Shown here piece by piece: positions 56,301 to 64,000 of a stretch of DNA of 64,000 nt. Numbering within the stretch: the first letter of the stretch is position 1; each line of letters begins with the position of its first letter. The position numbers and the translations under genes were made by a program. The notes below the pieces were generated by a model. The model worked only from the letters and a program-made list of their open reading frames with translations. It searched no databases and was not told where the DNA came from. Source of the DNA: a virus; the IMG/VR virus record IMGVR_UViG_3300017730_000002, positions 45,287-109,286 of that record, one strand, 5' to 3'.

Positions 56301-56653
56301 CTATCATAGAATGCATTACTAGCAGGACCCGAATCATAAGAATATATTTTTGCATAGTTGTTCTTACCTTCAGTACTATCAAAGTCAGCAAGAGTTCCAC
56401 TGATGTAATCATTGATTGCATCTTTAGTTGGAGGCGCTACAATATTATTACCAGGAGAACCAACCATAGGAGCAACATTACCTACAGGCATATTAGGAAC
56501 ACCTGTCACTGGAAAGTTTATAACATTATCTTGTAGTTGCGTTTCACCATAAAACGGGGTAATGTTTGCAGGATCAGACGGAGTAGTAACTTGAGGGTCT
56601 GATATATTTCCAGTTATTCCTGGTGTAAAATTATTTTCATTTTCAGAAGCCAT
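50342..56653 (-). CDS. Giant virion/ejection protein with PD-(D/E)xK nuclease domain
   Basis: Gly/Ala-rich hydrophobic helices in the N-terminal third; AGEIDLLV...IVDIKTG...YGLQQTAY nuclease motif. Confidence 0.8.
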   Translation of the reverse strand: MASENENNFTPGITGNISDPQVTTPSDPANITPFYGETQLQDNVINFPVTGVPNMPVGNVAPMVGSPGNNIVAPPTKDAINDYISGTLADFDSTEGKNNYAKIYSYDSGPASNAFYDRYAAFGEEKLREVGFSPIRDNEALYNANTTWWDNTSRMLSNSFLPLAGLGFKTGVKSLGKMLQGDFTSADLDEAKEYEYYSAIGQDSRGGAGAFFNNTFMNFGYTAGIMAEAALEEVALTAATYASGGLLGGVQAARKGSLLNRLGKVGKMGTIGKGFKNTLQSLGNVNKARSFWKNRNVKAALDFANPFENTVDAIKGINKASKQGQKLTKLAQGFKTAGGFYRDVRNINMAFAEARLESGMVINSTYDEGYKDFYKKTGRAPNNEEQRFIRAVAEKKGLETLLTNAGLIYISNKITFSNITRPRGGISKFMRNTREEIYDIAASGGQKKFGTYGKILYDNTQKAFIFEKNNLKNLAKSWWKNPGFKTAKETVVYFKGNFMEGLQENAQEAIARANEESAKRALDSAMVQRSTYSNGVIDWTLKDQAGIEGTSWSEYQTELGKEFSARGFETFASGFFMGMFAKPINAAVPFLGVQYNRMFNKAEYAKWVETKKFVSESLVEQLNNVDLNTFLDSRIINLGTQSNIANAKASQGASTKENFDTDNESFISAVDLMNRTNSTNLFVDKLKSMQELTDKELLGAIEGDTKKKPEYYRERIQKSINKIEAIDQRYKEAQEMFPNPVPSLEGLDKTDTYEYNAQVALHHAWNKSVENFVFFNESFADVTERMSDIQDSYMQNSNIGESDYGAARVLFDPMQINQQQTILDQEIDTEQQKNNPDRNRINALKEQKKSLENYKKAFSEFRKFYIRDDFRPQARQILQAQKGEEEVTDQEVDDYINSELGPLDDQQKQAEIIRNLKNSHHSYLRAVAKGVNTNVLDSALDDGFEKLTDYYKLGQESREMSRMINILHDPAGFLEVVDKNQKWMKRLYDRRSEYYTRLVNSQVSMVEDNAFLNQLADQGLYMSADDFAQFVKDGTLPSEIFNNIDKVVYKKGTPEYEQIYREFFIPYENLKNLTVKEAALANDDIYKAKVADINKMYDDKIASLPLEDTKVTLAEFPAKKGQTYKLNDLVKDLEGGQYIQATYDENQDPVIFYKDKEGNLRFVDESGEIVDVKKLNKEFNYLSAEIYNIQSLPNQNTVNLINQQRNEELERITQEYLENEDSAEVTTTPTEKAVVYTTDSDIASMPAELRNALFVEFDKTLTLEQRDTLTEEQQENLFDKFVKQGNFTVKKIIDDYNQKQEAKAAVKGEGLKKDFEFKFNGKTISTIGKNAPTLRAIQTRIKLQVESLEEKKTRTPQEDENIKYLKIQIKNLEGVINSRIRSGFSPEQQAAIDKIQELKSKQPKYRQENDGYYIEGKGKDPYSRVTSVINQFLGDYTYKDKEKVQEIFDRTLGQDITAIDAFIDEINKAGISGVEPYTLRELKVRLPKVLEGVSEMVAMEQAAIGLSDLVPELEGAEELTNKEDIATLEKVVLIDETIEEGQPGYDGSISVGIELTKLEERDQSLIEGTEAYKAAQELVKSDPKRYRLAGKGSIYKYKTSATYRITVKDKPYKVNVYRFEDGKVLYSLNLLDKQGLPVEKVKAQDIFDTASATSLKDAAVNLVGELTYESSRITGNYVDKAVKDLFDKGTVPEFNENQISREAYDNLFGPEGMLTELKRRVDNGELYIASTGIVVYDDALRIAGEIDLLVADRKGNITIVDIKTGQSSKWNGFFKKGNKFSKLQNYGLQQTAYANLLNRMIGVDANIALLPIQITKSTSENTDGKIESAQRPSSANLLSSEYLINLNKADFAERINSVIPLTTAPSTDSSLENKLGETESSDEQDNDALEDALKQPIKNVKMTKSEVKAFNELKSQIAKAKSIKDIDTVNRNIMIAELQGEIPTEAVSELNSILEAAKAALNTGSNFGAPSITLANVKVGSEVIAKLDVIKTKGKSKGDIFVEKDGIVKVSKIDGNKITVKSNDGSVMTLTLDQINDNYLSNDALNDPKSFEQNVTKEEENFGKETTTATSELLANDAKLKEINDSNISAEDAEDNLLDDLDC

Positions 56654-56657
56654 AAAA

Positions 56658-59600
56658 CTATTGTTGCATAAGTAATAACTGTTCTCTTATTTTATCATCT
56701 GATAAACCTTGTTTACGTAATTGATCTACATACTCAGCAGTTTGTCTATTTCGTTGTGTTATACTATTCATAAAGTTCATGCTATTCATAACAGCAACTC
56801 TTTTATCTAAGTTACCTGGGTTAATTATAGGTTCTTCAAATGTTTGTGTAGTATACTGTAATGTTTCTGTATCAAATATTGGATAAGTTTGGAACATTCC
56901 TACATTACCTGTTTGTTTGTTATACTTAACTTGCGTTTTAAAATCTTTATTAAAAGGGTTAGTATATTCATACATTCCAGTAGGACTGTTCTTTGCAGAA
57001 GTCATAACATAACCTTGTGTAGCATTTGCTAATAAATCATTTCTAAAAGTACTTCTATCCGATATAACACTAAGGCCATTCATTTTTAAAGCGCTTACTT
57101 GATCTGCATTAAGAACACCTGCTTTAGTAACCTCATCATTTTTATTAACTTTTTCCATAAGGTTATCCCAAAACTTAGCATCAGAAGTTTTAAATGTTAC
57201 AGAAGAAAGATTACCGTCTCTTGCAGCAATAGGAGAACCTATTACTTTAAACTTAACCTTTGAATCTGTGTCTTGCATTTCTGCCTCAATGTAATCTAAT
57301 ACAGCTCTTTGTTGCTGTCTTGTCATTGCTTCAGGTGCTACATAATCAGGATCATAAAACTTATCATCCGCAGTTGGAGATGTATTACCAAAAGCTGGAG
57401 AAGCAGCTGTTGCATAAGAACCTGATGTTTTACCATCTGCTGTTTCTGTAAGATCCATTTGATTAATATCTCTAAAGATATCTTTACCGTGTCTTTCAAA
57501 TGTACCACCTTTACCTGTTATGACTACTGAACTTCCTTGAAGATTAACTACATCATTTCCATCACCAGGATTAACATTTACACCAACAAGAGGAGATGAA
57601 CCAAGTTCTAGATAATCAATATCATATTCATTTAAATCTCTGTTAGCTTCTTCATAGCTTTTAAGATCATTACCATCTACATCTTCTAAAATTCTAGTAG
57701 TATATGTATTTTGATCACCACCTATAAAAGTGTCTGGGATTAAACCTTGACCTTTACCCGCAACATCTTGTAAACCTAAAAGCTCTAAAGTTTTACCATA
57801 TACACCCCTTATGGGCACTTCTGCTCTTGTCATAGCAACCTGTTCTGTACTAGCACCCTGATTAGCTATAAGCTTATTCTTAACATCTTCAGTTATTTTA
57901 CCTTGATCTTTTAAATGTTGAGCCCACTCTTTTACTGTTCTTATTCTACCAGTATTTGTAACTAACGCAGCTACTTCATTGTCACCTTTAGCTTTTGCAT
58001 CTTTTGCAATAGAGGCCATTGCTTTGTCATTCCATGCTTCATATGCTTGCATTGAACTATTATAACCATCTATTTCTTGCATACCTTGATTAAGCTCTTC
58101 TATTTTACCTGGGTACAAGCCTTTAATAATTTCTCTATTAGAATCTACATCATAAAAAGATTCAAGAGATTTAGTTAAGTTGTTTAAAGCATCTGCTCTA
58201 GTATTTCCTTTAATTTTACCATCTTTCCAAGCTTTATCAAAAGCTTCTACACTAGTTGTAGCATTAACAAGATCATTTAAGTTTTGTCCATCAAAGTATT
58301 GATCTACGTCTTCAGAGTCCATGTTACCATTTCTAACAGCTTCATTAATAACATTTAAGTTTGTACCTAAAGAAGGTAAAATTTTATCTCTGTATTCATC
58401 ATCAGCTATAGACTGTTGAGCAGCTACACCACTACCTGCTACAGTTAATCCAGGATCAGTAAGAGTTTCTGCATTCTTGTAAAACCTTTCATCTTTAGGA
58501 ACTACTTTAGTACTTCCATCGGGATTAACTTGCAATCTAAAGTCACCTGTATCAAGTTTTTGTTTATCAAGTGCACGTTTATCTTTTCTGTCTTGCTCAT
58601 ACTTTTTCTCCTTCATTCTCAAAGCAGACTTATAATCAGCTAAACCAAACTGATTTACTTCAACATCTTGCTTATAATTTCTATAAGCATACGTAACAGC
58701 AGCCTGATCAACATCTCTATTAAAAAGATCATTCGCCACTAATCCATCTACACGTCTTCTCAAAACATCTATGTTAGCAAAAGGATCTTCAACTCCTGTA
58801 GATGTTGTTCCATTAGAAGAACCATTATTATAGTTTGCTACAAGAGCGTTGCTCTTTTCTAAGTTACCATCTACTATCTCTTTGTTATATACAAGCTCTC
58901 TGATGGCAGCATTAACTTGTGGATCTGTAGGATTTTCTGCTCTTTTCTTTTCTAATAAATCAATATTCTTTTGGTAACTGGCAGATTTATCTTTTAGTAC
59001 TTGATTTTGTCTAATGGTTTGATCTTTCATTCTATCATAACCATCTTGTAAATAAGCTCTTTCGGCAGCCTCTGCATCTCCACCAAAGTTTCCAGCTTCT
59101 GATGCTACATAATTTTTTCTCTGAACATAAGATTGAGTCTGGTACATGTCTTTAATAAAAGGATCACTACCAAGTCTAAGATTTAACACTTTAGATAAAG
59201 GCTCTATAAGTTGTTCACCATTGGTAGTTTTTACAATCCACTTACCACCTTCAAAGCTTGGAGTAACTCTATCACCATACTCTTTGGTTACTTCCTCAGC
59301 TTTTTTCATTACATCTACATAAGGGGTATACTTTACATTTCCTATAGATTGTATCTGATCATATGGAGTTTCTTTAAACTCCTGCATTCTATAGTTAATT
59401 GCATCAACACCAGTTCTCCAATACTGACTTCTTTTATCTTCTTCAGAAGAAGATCTCATAGATTCTGCAGCATTTAATTGACCTTTGGTATTTTTAGTCC
59501 AAGCAATATCCTTCATTAAGTTTCCATCCTGATAAAAAGGTTGAAAAACTTGTTGAGCTTGAGTAACATTTTGATCTAAAGATAAATCTAAACTAGCTAC

Positions 59601-59831
59601 CCTTTTTAAATTAAAATCAATTTGATCAACTATAGCTTTTTGTTTTTCACGGCTTTCATCATGAGTTAAATCTGCATAATAAATTTGACCATATAACTTA
59701 TTTAATTGTTTCCAATTTTGATCATACTGGTTTTGTTTTGCTTGAAGAACATTGTTCACAAAGTTAAAGTCAACCTGGTATGGTTGAATCTGTGGAATGA
59801 ATGTTGAAACTCCCTGTGGGTAACGTGCCAT
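56658..59831 (-). CDS. Virion internal (cargo) protein
   Basis: 1057 aa; PY..DF.F...VL..KQ.QYD N-terminus and position upstream of the RNAP cluster as in crAss-like phages. Confidence 0.65.
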   Translation of the reverse strand: MARYPQGVSTFIPQIQPYQVDFNFVNNVLQAKQNQYDQNWKQLNKLYGQIYYADLTHDESREKQKAIVDQIDFNLKRVASLDLSLDQNVTQAQQVFQPFYQDGNLMKDIAWTKNTKGQLNAAESMRSSSEEDKRSQYWRTGVDAINYRMQEFKETPYDQIQSIGNVKYTPYVDVMKKAEEVTKEYGDRVTPSFEGGKWIVKTTNGEQLIEPLSKVLNLRLGSDPFIKDMYQTQSYVQRKNYVASEAGNFGGDAEAAERAYLQDGYDRMKDQTIRQNQVLKDKSASYQKNIDLLEKKRAENPTDPQVNAAIRELVYNKEIVDGNLEKSNALVANYNNGSSNGTTSTGVEDPFANIDVLRRRVDGLVANDLFNRDVDQAAVTYAYRNYKQDVEVNQFGLADYKSALRMKEKKYEQDRKDKRALDKQKLDTGDFRLQVNPDGSTKVVPKDERFYKNAETLTDPGLTVAGSGVAAQQSIADDEYRDKILPSLGTNLNVINEAVRNGNMDSEDVDQYFDGQNLNDLVNATTSVEAFDKAWKDGKIKGNTRADALNNLTKSLESFYDVDSNREIIKGLYPGKIEELNQGMQEIDGYNSSMQAYEAWNDKAMASIAKDAKAKGDNEVAALVTNTGRIRTVKEWAQHLKDQGKITEDVKNKLIANQGASTEQVAMTRAEVPIRGVYGKTLELLGLQDVAGKGQGLIPDTFIGGDQNTYTTRILEDVDGNDLKSYEEANRDLNEYDIDYLELGSSPLVGVNVNPGDGNDVVNLQGSSVVITGKGGTFERHGKDIFRDINQMDLTETADGKTSGSYATAASPAFGNTSPTADDKFYDPDYVAPEAMTRQQQRAVLDYIEAEMQDTDSKVKFKVIGSPIAARDGNLSSVTFKTSDAKFWDNLMEKVNKNDEVTKAGVLNADQVSALKMNGLSVISDRSTFRNDLLANATQGYVMTSAKNSPTGMYEYTNPFNKDFKTQVKYNKQTGNVGMFQTYPIFDTETLQYTTQTFEEPIINPGNLDKRVAVMNSMNFMNSITQRNRQTAEYVDQLRKQGLSDDKIREQLLLMQQ

Positions 59832-59893
59832 TGTATTATAATCTTATTTTATAAATATATTAAAATTTTTAAAGTTTATTAAACCTGTAAAGT

Positions 59894-62800
59894 TTAGTTA
59901 CCATAAGGCATTGTAGTATATGTTGGAATAAACCCTCCTAGTGCTCTCTTTGGCATACTCTTAAGAATGTAAGCTTCTTTAGCTTCATCACTTAATCCCA
60001 TTAACTCAGGAGATACCATCATCTCACTTGGTGTTAGAGCAGGCTTTTCTGGAATCTGCGGCTTACCTGTTGTAAAGTAAGGAAGCCCCTGTGCAAAGTC
60101 CGTAGCATACTGTGGATATAAGTAATTAGTTAAAGCTCTTTTTTGTTTTTCAGCCTCAGCCTCTTGTATCTTAGCTTGAGTTTGAGCTCTAATTGCATTC
60201 CAATTTAAAGTTTCTTTATCCCTAACACTGGCATTAATAAATGATTGTTTAGTAGCAGCATCTGCTGTAGCTGCTGCATTACCTGCATCATATCTACTCT
60301 GCAATGCTTGCGTTTGATTACCTGTTCTTACATTTCTAGCTTCTACATCTGCTACATTTTTACCAAGTGCTTGTGTAGCTTTACCTACAAGGTTAGATAA
60401 TTGAGCCATTTTTTGAGGAGTAGATTGTGCAGTCTGTGAAATTTTATCTGCAGCCATATTTACATTAGAGGCAATTGCTTGTTGTTTAGCAAGATAATCT
60501 TCATAACCAGATCTAACTTCTACTCTATCTGGTCTTGCAACTTGAGCTCTAGCCACATTAGGATCCATAAGAGCTGCTGTATAAACACCTCTAGTAGCTA
60601 CATCAGACCAACGTGGGGAATCTCCAAATCCTGGAACTTGCATCTGTTGACTTTCTACATCTGTATATTCAGGACACGGACATTTCATTTCTCCAGTAGA
60701 TGGATCTTCTACAGGTTGTGGTTGAGGATCCAAAAGATTACCTTCTGCATCTTTACAGTTACACTTCATATCTGGTGTAGGAGGTTCTTCTGCTACAACA
60801 AATTTTGCACTATCACTTTCAATACCTGTCTCACATTCTGATAATCTTGCTACAGCTTCTTGGCCTATAACACTTTTATCGGCCAGTTCTTGTGCAGTAA
60901 CTCCTACATAAGAACCAGTTTTCATAGACTGACACATGTCATCTAAGAATTTATTTGGATCTTTAGCCCTATTATTAGACGCTTCTCTTTTATCTATAGT
61001 TCTGCCTTCACCAGTTTCTCCACTATAGTATACATCTCTACCCGACTCATCTTGGAACCCAGCTTGCTCTAAACCTTCTGTAGAGCCTACGTCAATGCCT
61101 GGTTTATTTTTTTCATAATATGCTCTAGCTTGTTCTGGTGTCATAGGTTCACCATTTACCATAACAGTACCAGCTACTTCATACTTAGGTAATTTTTTAA
61201 TTTTAACCTTTCTTGTACCACCTTTTCCCATACTAGGAAAGTAGGAACCTCCCGTAGTCATACCATAAGCAGCCATAGGAGTTCCACCATATTGTTCTTT
61301 TGGAGGATCTATATATTCTTTTGAAAATTTAGGTCTTTTTTTACCATAAGCATAACCATCTGGACCAAACTCACTAGATATTTGTGAACCTACATGATAA
61401 AAAGTATCCATCCATGCATCACCATCGAAAAGATTCCCTAATTTAAACATAGAATCATCAGCATTCATTCTGGCTTGACCCAGCTCACCAAATACAGCAT
61501 TTCTTCTTGGATGCCCAGGACGCATCATGCGATAAAACATTCTTAATTCTTCTATAGGTTGGCACTTACCAAGAATACCATTCCATCCTTGCCCCTGTGG
61601 ACATGATTCAGACATATTAGGATTAGTTGCTGACATTCCTTCTCTAGCCATAGGCACACCACCGAATTGAACAATTTGTTCTTGTTGATATCCAGAAGAA
61701 CGCATGTTATCTAGCTGTCTTCCGCTAAGAGCACTAGTTTCACCTCTTTCATCCCTATCTACTGCATCAAAATCAAAGTTTGCTCTAGCGTCATCACCTG
61801 CTATTCTAGAAGCATCGAGCCCTTTAATGATATTAGTTGCAGCAGGCATATATTTATTAAAGGTTCTTCTACCTAATTCTTTGAGATCTACATCATAAGC
61901 ATTTTTTAATTTAAACTTAGCTTTAGTTTCTTCCCCTGTACCTGTACCTTCAGCCACTTGCTTATTAGTAAGTGGCTCCTCTTGTTGCCTAGGGTCAACT
62001 TCTATCTTAGGAGTTTCATCTTTTGGTAGATATGGATTATCAGGAGCATTCTCATTCTGAAAAGCTGTAGTCCAAGGACTAGGATCCATAGGTGAAGTTA
62101 TCAAACCTTCTTGATCTCCTTCAACTACTAAACCTTCTTGAGCATATACAAACCTATCTAAGTCAGAAAATCCTCCGTAGGTCATCATACCCTGGGGAGG
62201 CATACCTTGCTGAGGCATAGGTTGTGGTTGTGCTATAGGAGCTCCATCTGGCATTTGCTGTGGTGGAGGACCTTGTTGCATCATTTGTTGTTCTTGTTCA
62301 GGCTCTGGTGGTATTAATTGCTCTTCAGTAATTCCATTAGCTTCCATGTATGGTCTAGCCATTTCTGGAATACCTTGCGGGAATCCTTTCTTAGCTTCTT
62401 GTGCTAAAGCAAGAGCACCAAGTTTCATGATGTAATTCTTTATCATCATTTCTGCAGTATTCCTACTTTTCTCATCTGAATCAGGATCCATTAAAATCTC
62501 CTTATACTTATTTATGTCATAAGGTTTAGCAAGTTCGGCAGGAGTGTACCCACCTTTCTTTTTAGTTTTACCAAACATTTTAAGAATCTTAGGATCCCTA
62601 ATCTTCATTGCTTTGGTATCACTAAATATAAATGTATCATCAGGAAGATCTAGCGGAACACCTCCGTTAGTATGTCTTGGTCCTGATATAGTAAAGTGAT
62701 CAGGAATGTTATCACCTGATATAGGACCAAATGCAGTTTCTCCACCCTCAGCCTCTAAGTTAGCTTTATCTCTTGGTACAGATGTAAGTGTCTTGCCTAT

Positions 62801-62938
62801 TTTAGCTTTAGGTGTAGACATACTTTTATAATCTCCACCACCCCAAGCAGCTGGTGTAACATCTAAGGCCCCATCTGGTTGTTGACCACCGTAAGCTTTT
62901 TTACTAAGTTTTCCTAAACTTTTGATTCTAACTTTCAT
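59894..62938 (-). CDS. Virion internal protein with repeated xxGG motifs
   Basis: EAEGGE...GPRHTNGGV...IFSD domain; Q/P/M-rich linkers; multiple YGG/FGG motifs. Confidence 0.65.
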   Translation of the reverse strand: MKVRIKSLGKLSKKAYGGQQPDGALDVTPAAWGGGDYKSMSTPKAKIGKTLTSVPRDKANLEAEGGETAFGPISGDNIPDHFTISGPRHTNGGVPLDLPDDTFIFSDTKAMKIRDPKILKMFGKTKKKGGYTPAELAKPYDINKYKEILMDPDSDEKSRNTAEMMIKNYIMKLGALALAQEAKKGFPQGIPEMARPYMEANGITEEQLIPPEPEQEQQMMQQGPPPQQMPDGAPIAQPQPMPQQGMPPQGMMTYGGFSDLDRFVYAQEGLVVEGDQEGLITSPMDPSPWTTAFQNENAPDNPYLPKDETPKIEVDPRQQEEPLTNKQVAEGTGTGEETKAKFKLKNAYDVDLKELGRRTFNKYMPAATNIIKGLDASRIAGDDARANFDFDAVDRDERGETSALSGRQLDNMRSSGYQQEQIVQFGGVPMAREGMSATNPNMSESCPQGQGWNGILGKCQPIEELRMFYRMMRPGHPRRNAVFGELGQARMNADDSMFKLGNLFDGDAWMDTFYHVGSQISSEFGPDGYAYGKKRPKFSKEYIDPPKEQYGGTPMAAYGMTTGGSYFPSMGKGGTRKVKIKKLPKYEVAGTVMVNGEPMTPEQARAYYEKNKPGIDVGSTEGLEQAGFQDESGRDVYYSGETGEGRTIDKREASNNRAKDPNKFLDDMCQSMKTGSYVGVTAQELADKSVIGQEAVARLSECETGIESDSAKFVVAEEPPTPDMKCNCKDAEGNLLDPQPQPVEDPSTGEMKCPCPEYTDVESQQMQVPGFGDSPRWSDVATRGVYTAALMDPNVARAQVARPDRVEVRSGYEDYLAKQQAIASNVNMAADKISQTAQSTPQKMAQLSNLVGKATQALGKNVADVEARNVRTGNQTQALQSRYDAGNAAATADAATKQSFINASVRDKETLNWNAIRAQTQAKIQEAEAEKQKRALTNYLYPQYATDFAQGLPYFTTGKPQIPEKPALTPSEMMVSPELMGLSDEAKEAYILKSMPKRALGGFIPTYTTMPYGN

Positions 62939-62947
62939 ATTGGTATT

Positions 62948-64000
62948 TTAAACATATTCAACCATTCCACCTGCCTGCATTATCAGAGCTATCTCAGCTT
63001 CAGTAAGATCATATTCACCACCTTCTTCATATTCACCACCATAAGCCATACCAACAGCATCTGTAAATTCCTTATTAACACCATAATACTTAGTGCCAGT
63101 AGGTTGTGAAGGCTGTACTACATTAGGATTAGAAGGTTGATTCTTATAATAGTTATCCCAATAAGAATCCATTTGCTGATAATCAGGTTCATCTAATGAT
63201 TCTGAAGGAGCTGTTGAGCCAGGTGCTGCAGGTGTAGGCGTAGGTGTAGATGGTGCACTGTATCTAGGAGTTTGACCAAAACTATATGTTGGCTGAACTT
63301 GTGGATAATCTTGTGGTAAAGGTGCGCCTGCTGCAGGTTCAGTAGGAGCATCATAACCACCTGTTTGTATTTGATCAGCTGGTCTTAATGGCATAGATTG
63401 TACACCTGGTCCTTGTTTACGCATTTGACCTGAACCATCCATTATTTCCATTGGTTCAGATACTTTTTCAGTAGCAAATGATTTAGATCCAGTTCCAGAT
63501 GGCATAGTGTTACCAGCATCTGGTTTATTCTCCATAGATTTTACATCAGCTTGTCTATCCAAATATTCTAATTGAGTCATGCCTCTATTTAAATCTCTTC
63601 TTAGAGCTCTTTTATCTTTTCTTAGCATATTAGGATTTTTGTCAAACTGATCACGAGCAAATTGTCTATTAGTCATGTAGCCAGATCCTTCATCCTGTGA
63701 AGCAGGACCTTCAATCATTGAACCTTTATTCTTATCTAATGTAATTAAAGGATCTGTAGATTGTTTACCATCGCCAGAAGTACCAAATGTAAATTCAGCT
63801 TTACCTCTTGGTCCAAATAAACCTTGTCTACCTTTAAACTTAGCGCTAGTTAATCTGCTCATATCTACAGGCTGTCCAGGGAATCCTGTTTGAGTCCAGT
63901 AAGAACCTGCTCTATTAAATATTTTAGGTTGACCTGCACCTCTAAATCCATATGTATTACCAAATGCAGATCCTGCTAACATACCCATTGGGTTAGCTGA
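62948..64000 (-). CDS. Virion internal protein, N-terminally truncated by the window edge
   Basis: Frame is open from 64000 (SANPMGM...); P/Q-rich; ends MAYGGEYEEGGEY...MQAGGMVEYV. Confidence 0.65.
   Translation of the reverse strand, partial: SANPMGMLAGSAFGNTYGFRGAGQPKIFNRAGSYWTQTGFPGQPVDMSRLTSAKFKGRQGLFGPRGKAEFTFGTSGDGKQSTDPLITLDKNKGSMIEGPASQDEGSGYMTNRQFARDQFDKNPNMLRKDKRALRRDLNRGMTQLEYLDRQADVKSMENKPDAGNTMPSGTGSKSFATEKVSEPMEIMDGSGQMRKQGPGVQSMPLRPADQIQTGGYDAPTEPAAGAPLPQDYPQVQPTYSFGQTPRYSAPSTPTPTPAAPGSTAPSESLDEPDYQQMDSYWDNYYKNQPSNPNVVQPSQPTGTKYYGVNKEFTDAVGMAYGGEYEEGGEYDLTEAEIALIMQAGGMVEYV

Larger units (their letters stand above)
1..64000. other. Segment of a crAss-like (Crassvirales-related) bacteriophage genome, probable Bacteroidota host
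   Basis: Giant single-chain RNAP with GSDFDIDK motif, crAss-type PolB/DnaB/primase/UDG/MoxR-vWA gene set, two convergent arms, TAnnTTTG boxes, no host housekeeping operons. Confidence 0.9.

Noticed and set aside
1-64000. Stop-codon reassignment (TAG or TGA) as in some crAss-like phages
   Set aside because: Giant ORFs are uninterrupted in code 11, TAG and TGA end genes at sensible boundaries (e.g. 8259, 19226), and no suppressor tRNA is seen

Overview
The window is a 64-kb, AT-rich segment of a crAss-like (Crassvirales-related) phage genome, very probably infecting a Bacteroidota host (TAnnTTTG promoter boxes, A-rich starts without Shine-Dalgarno sites). It has two convergent arms meeting at a terminator near 30.6 kb. 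The + arm (1-30.55 kb) opens with a 1.1-kb ORF-free but densely base-paired region and many small genes. These include an HNH protein, SF2 helicase, ClpS, a DnaA-domain-IV/RHH protein, a spore-photoproduct-lyase-like radical SAM enzyme and tRNA-Arg(UCU). The replication module follows: UDG, DnaB, Sak4-like ATPase, SSB, primase, GIY-YIG nuclease, metallopeptidase-vWA plus MoxR ATPase, PD-(D/E)xK exonuclease, family-B DNA polymerase and a DUF932-like protein. The - arm (30.6-64 kb) encodes giant virion/ejected proteins, including a 4572-aa single-chain virion RNA polymerase (DFDID motif). Top leads: (1) several unannotated structured non-coding RNA candidates, the largest about 500 nt with nested long-range helices; (2) an AlkB, macrodomain-like and ADP-ribosyltransferase-like domain trio embedded with two zincin domains in the RNA polymerase polyprotein; (3) a vWA-MoxR module flanked by proteins sharing an unnamed helical motif found three times in the window. 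All calls come from manual motif reading and hand-folding; no database searches were run.
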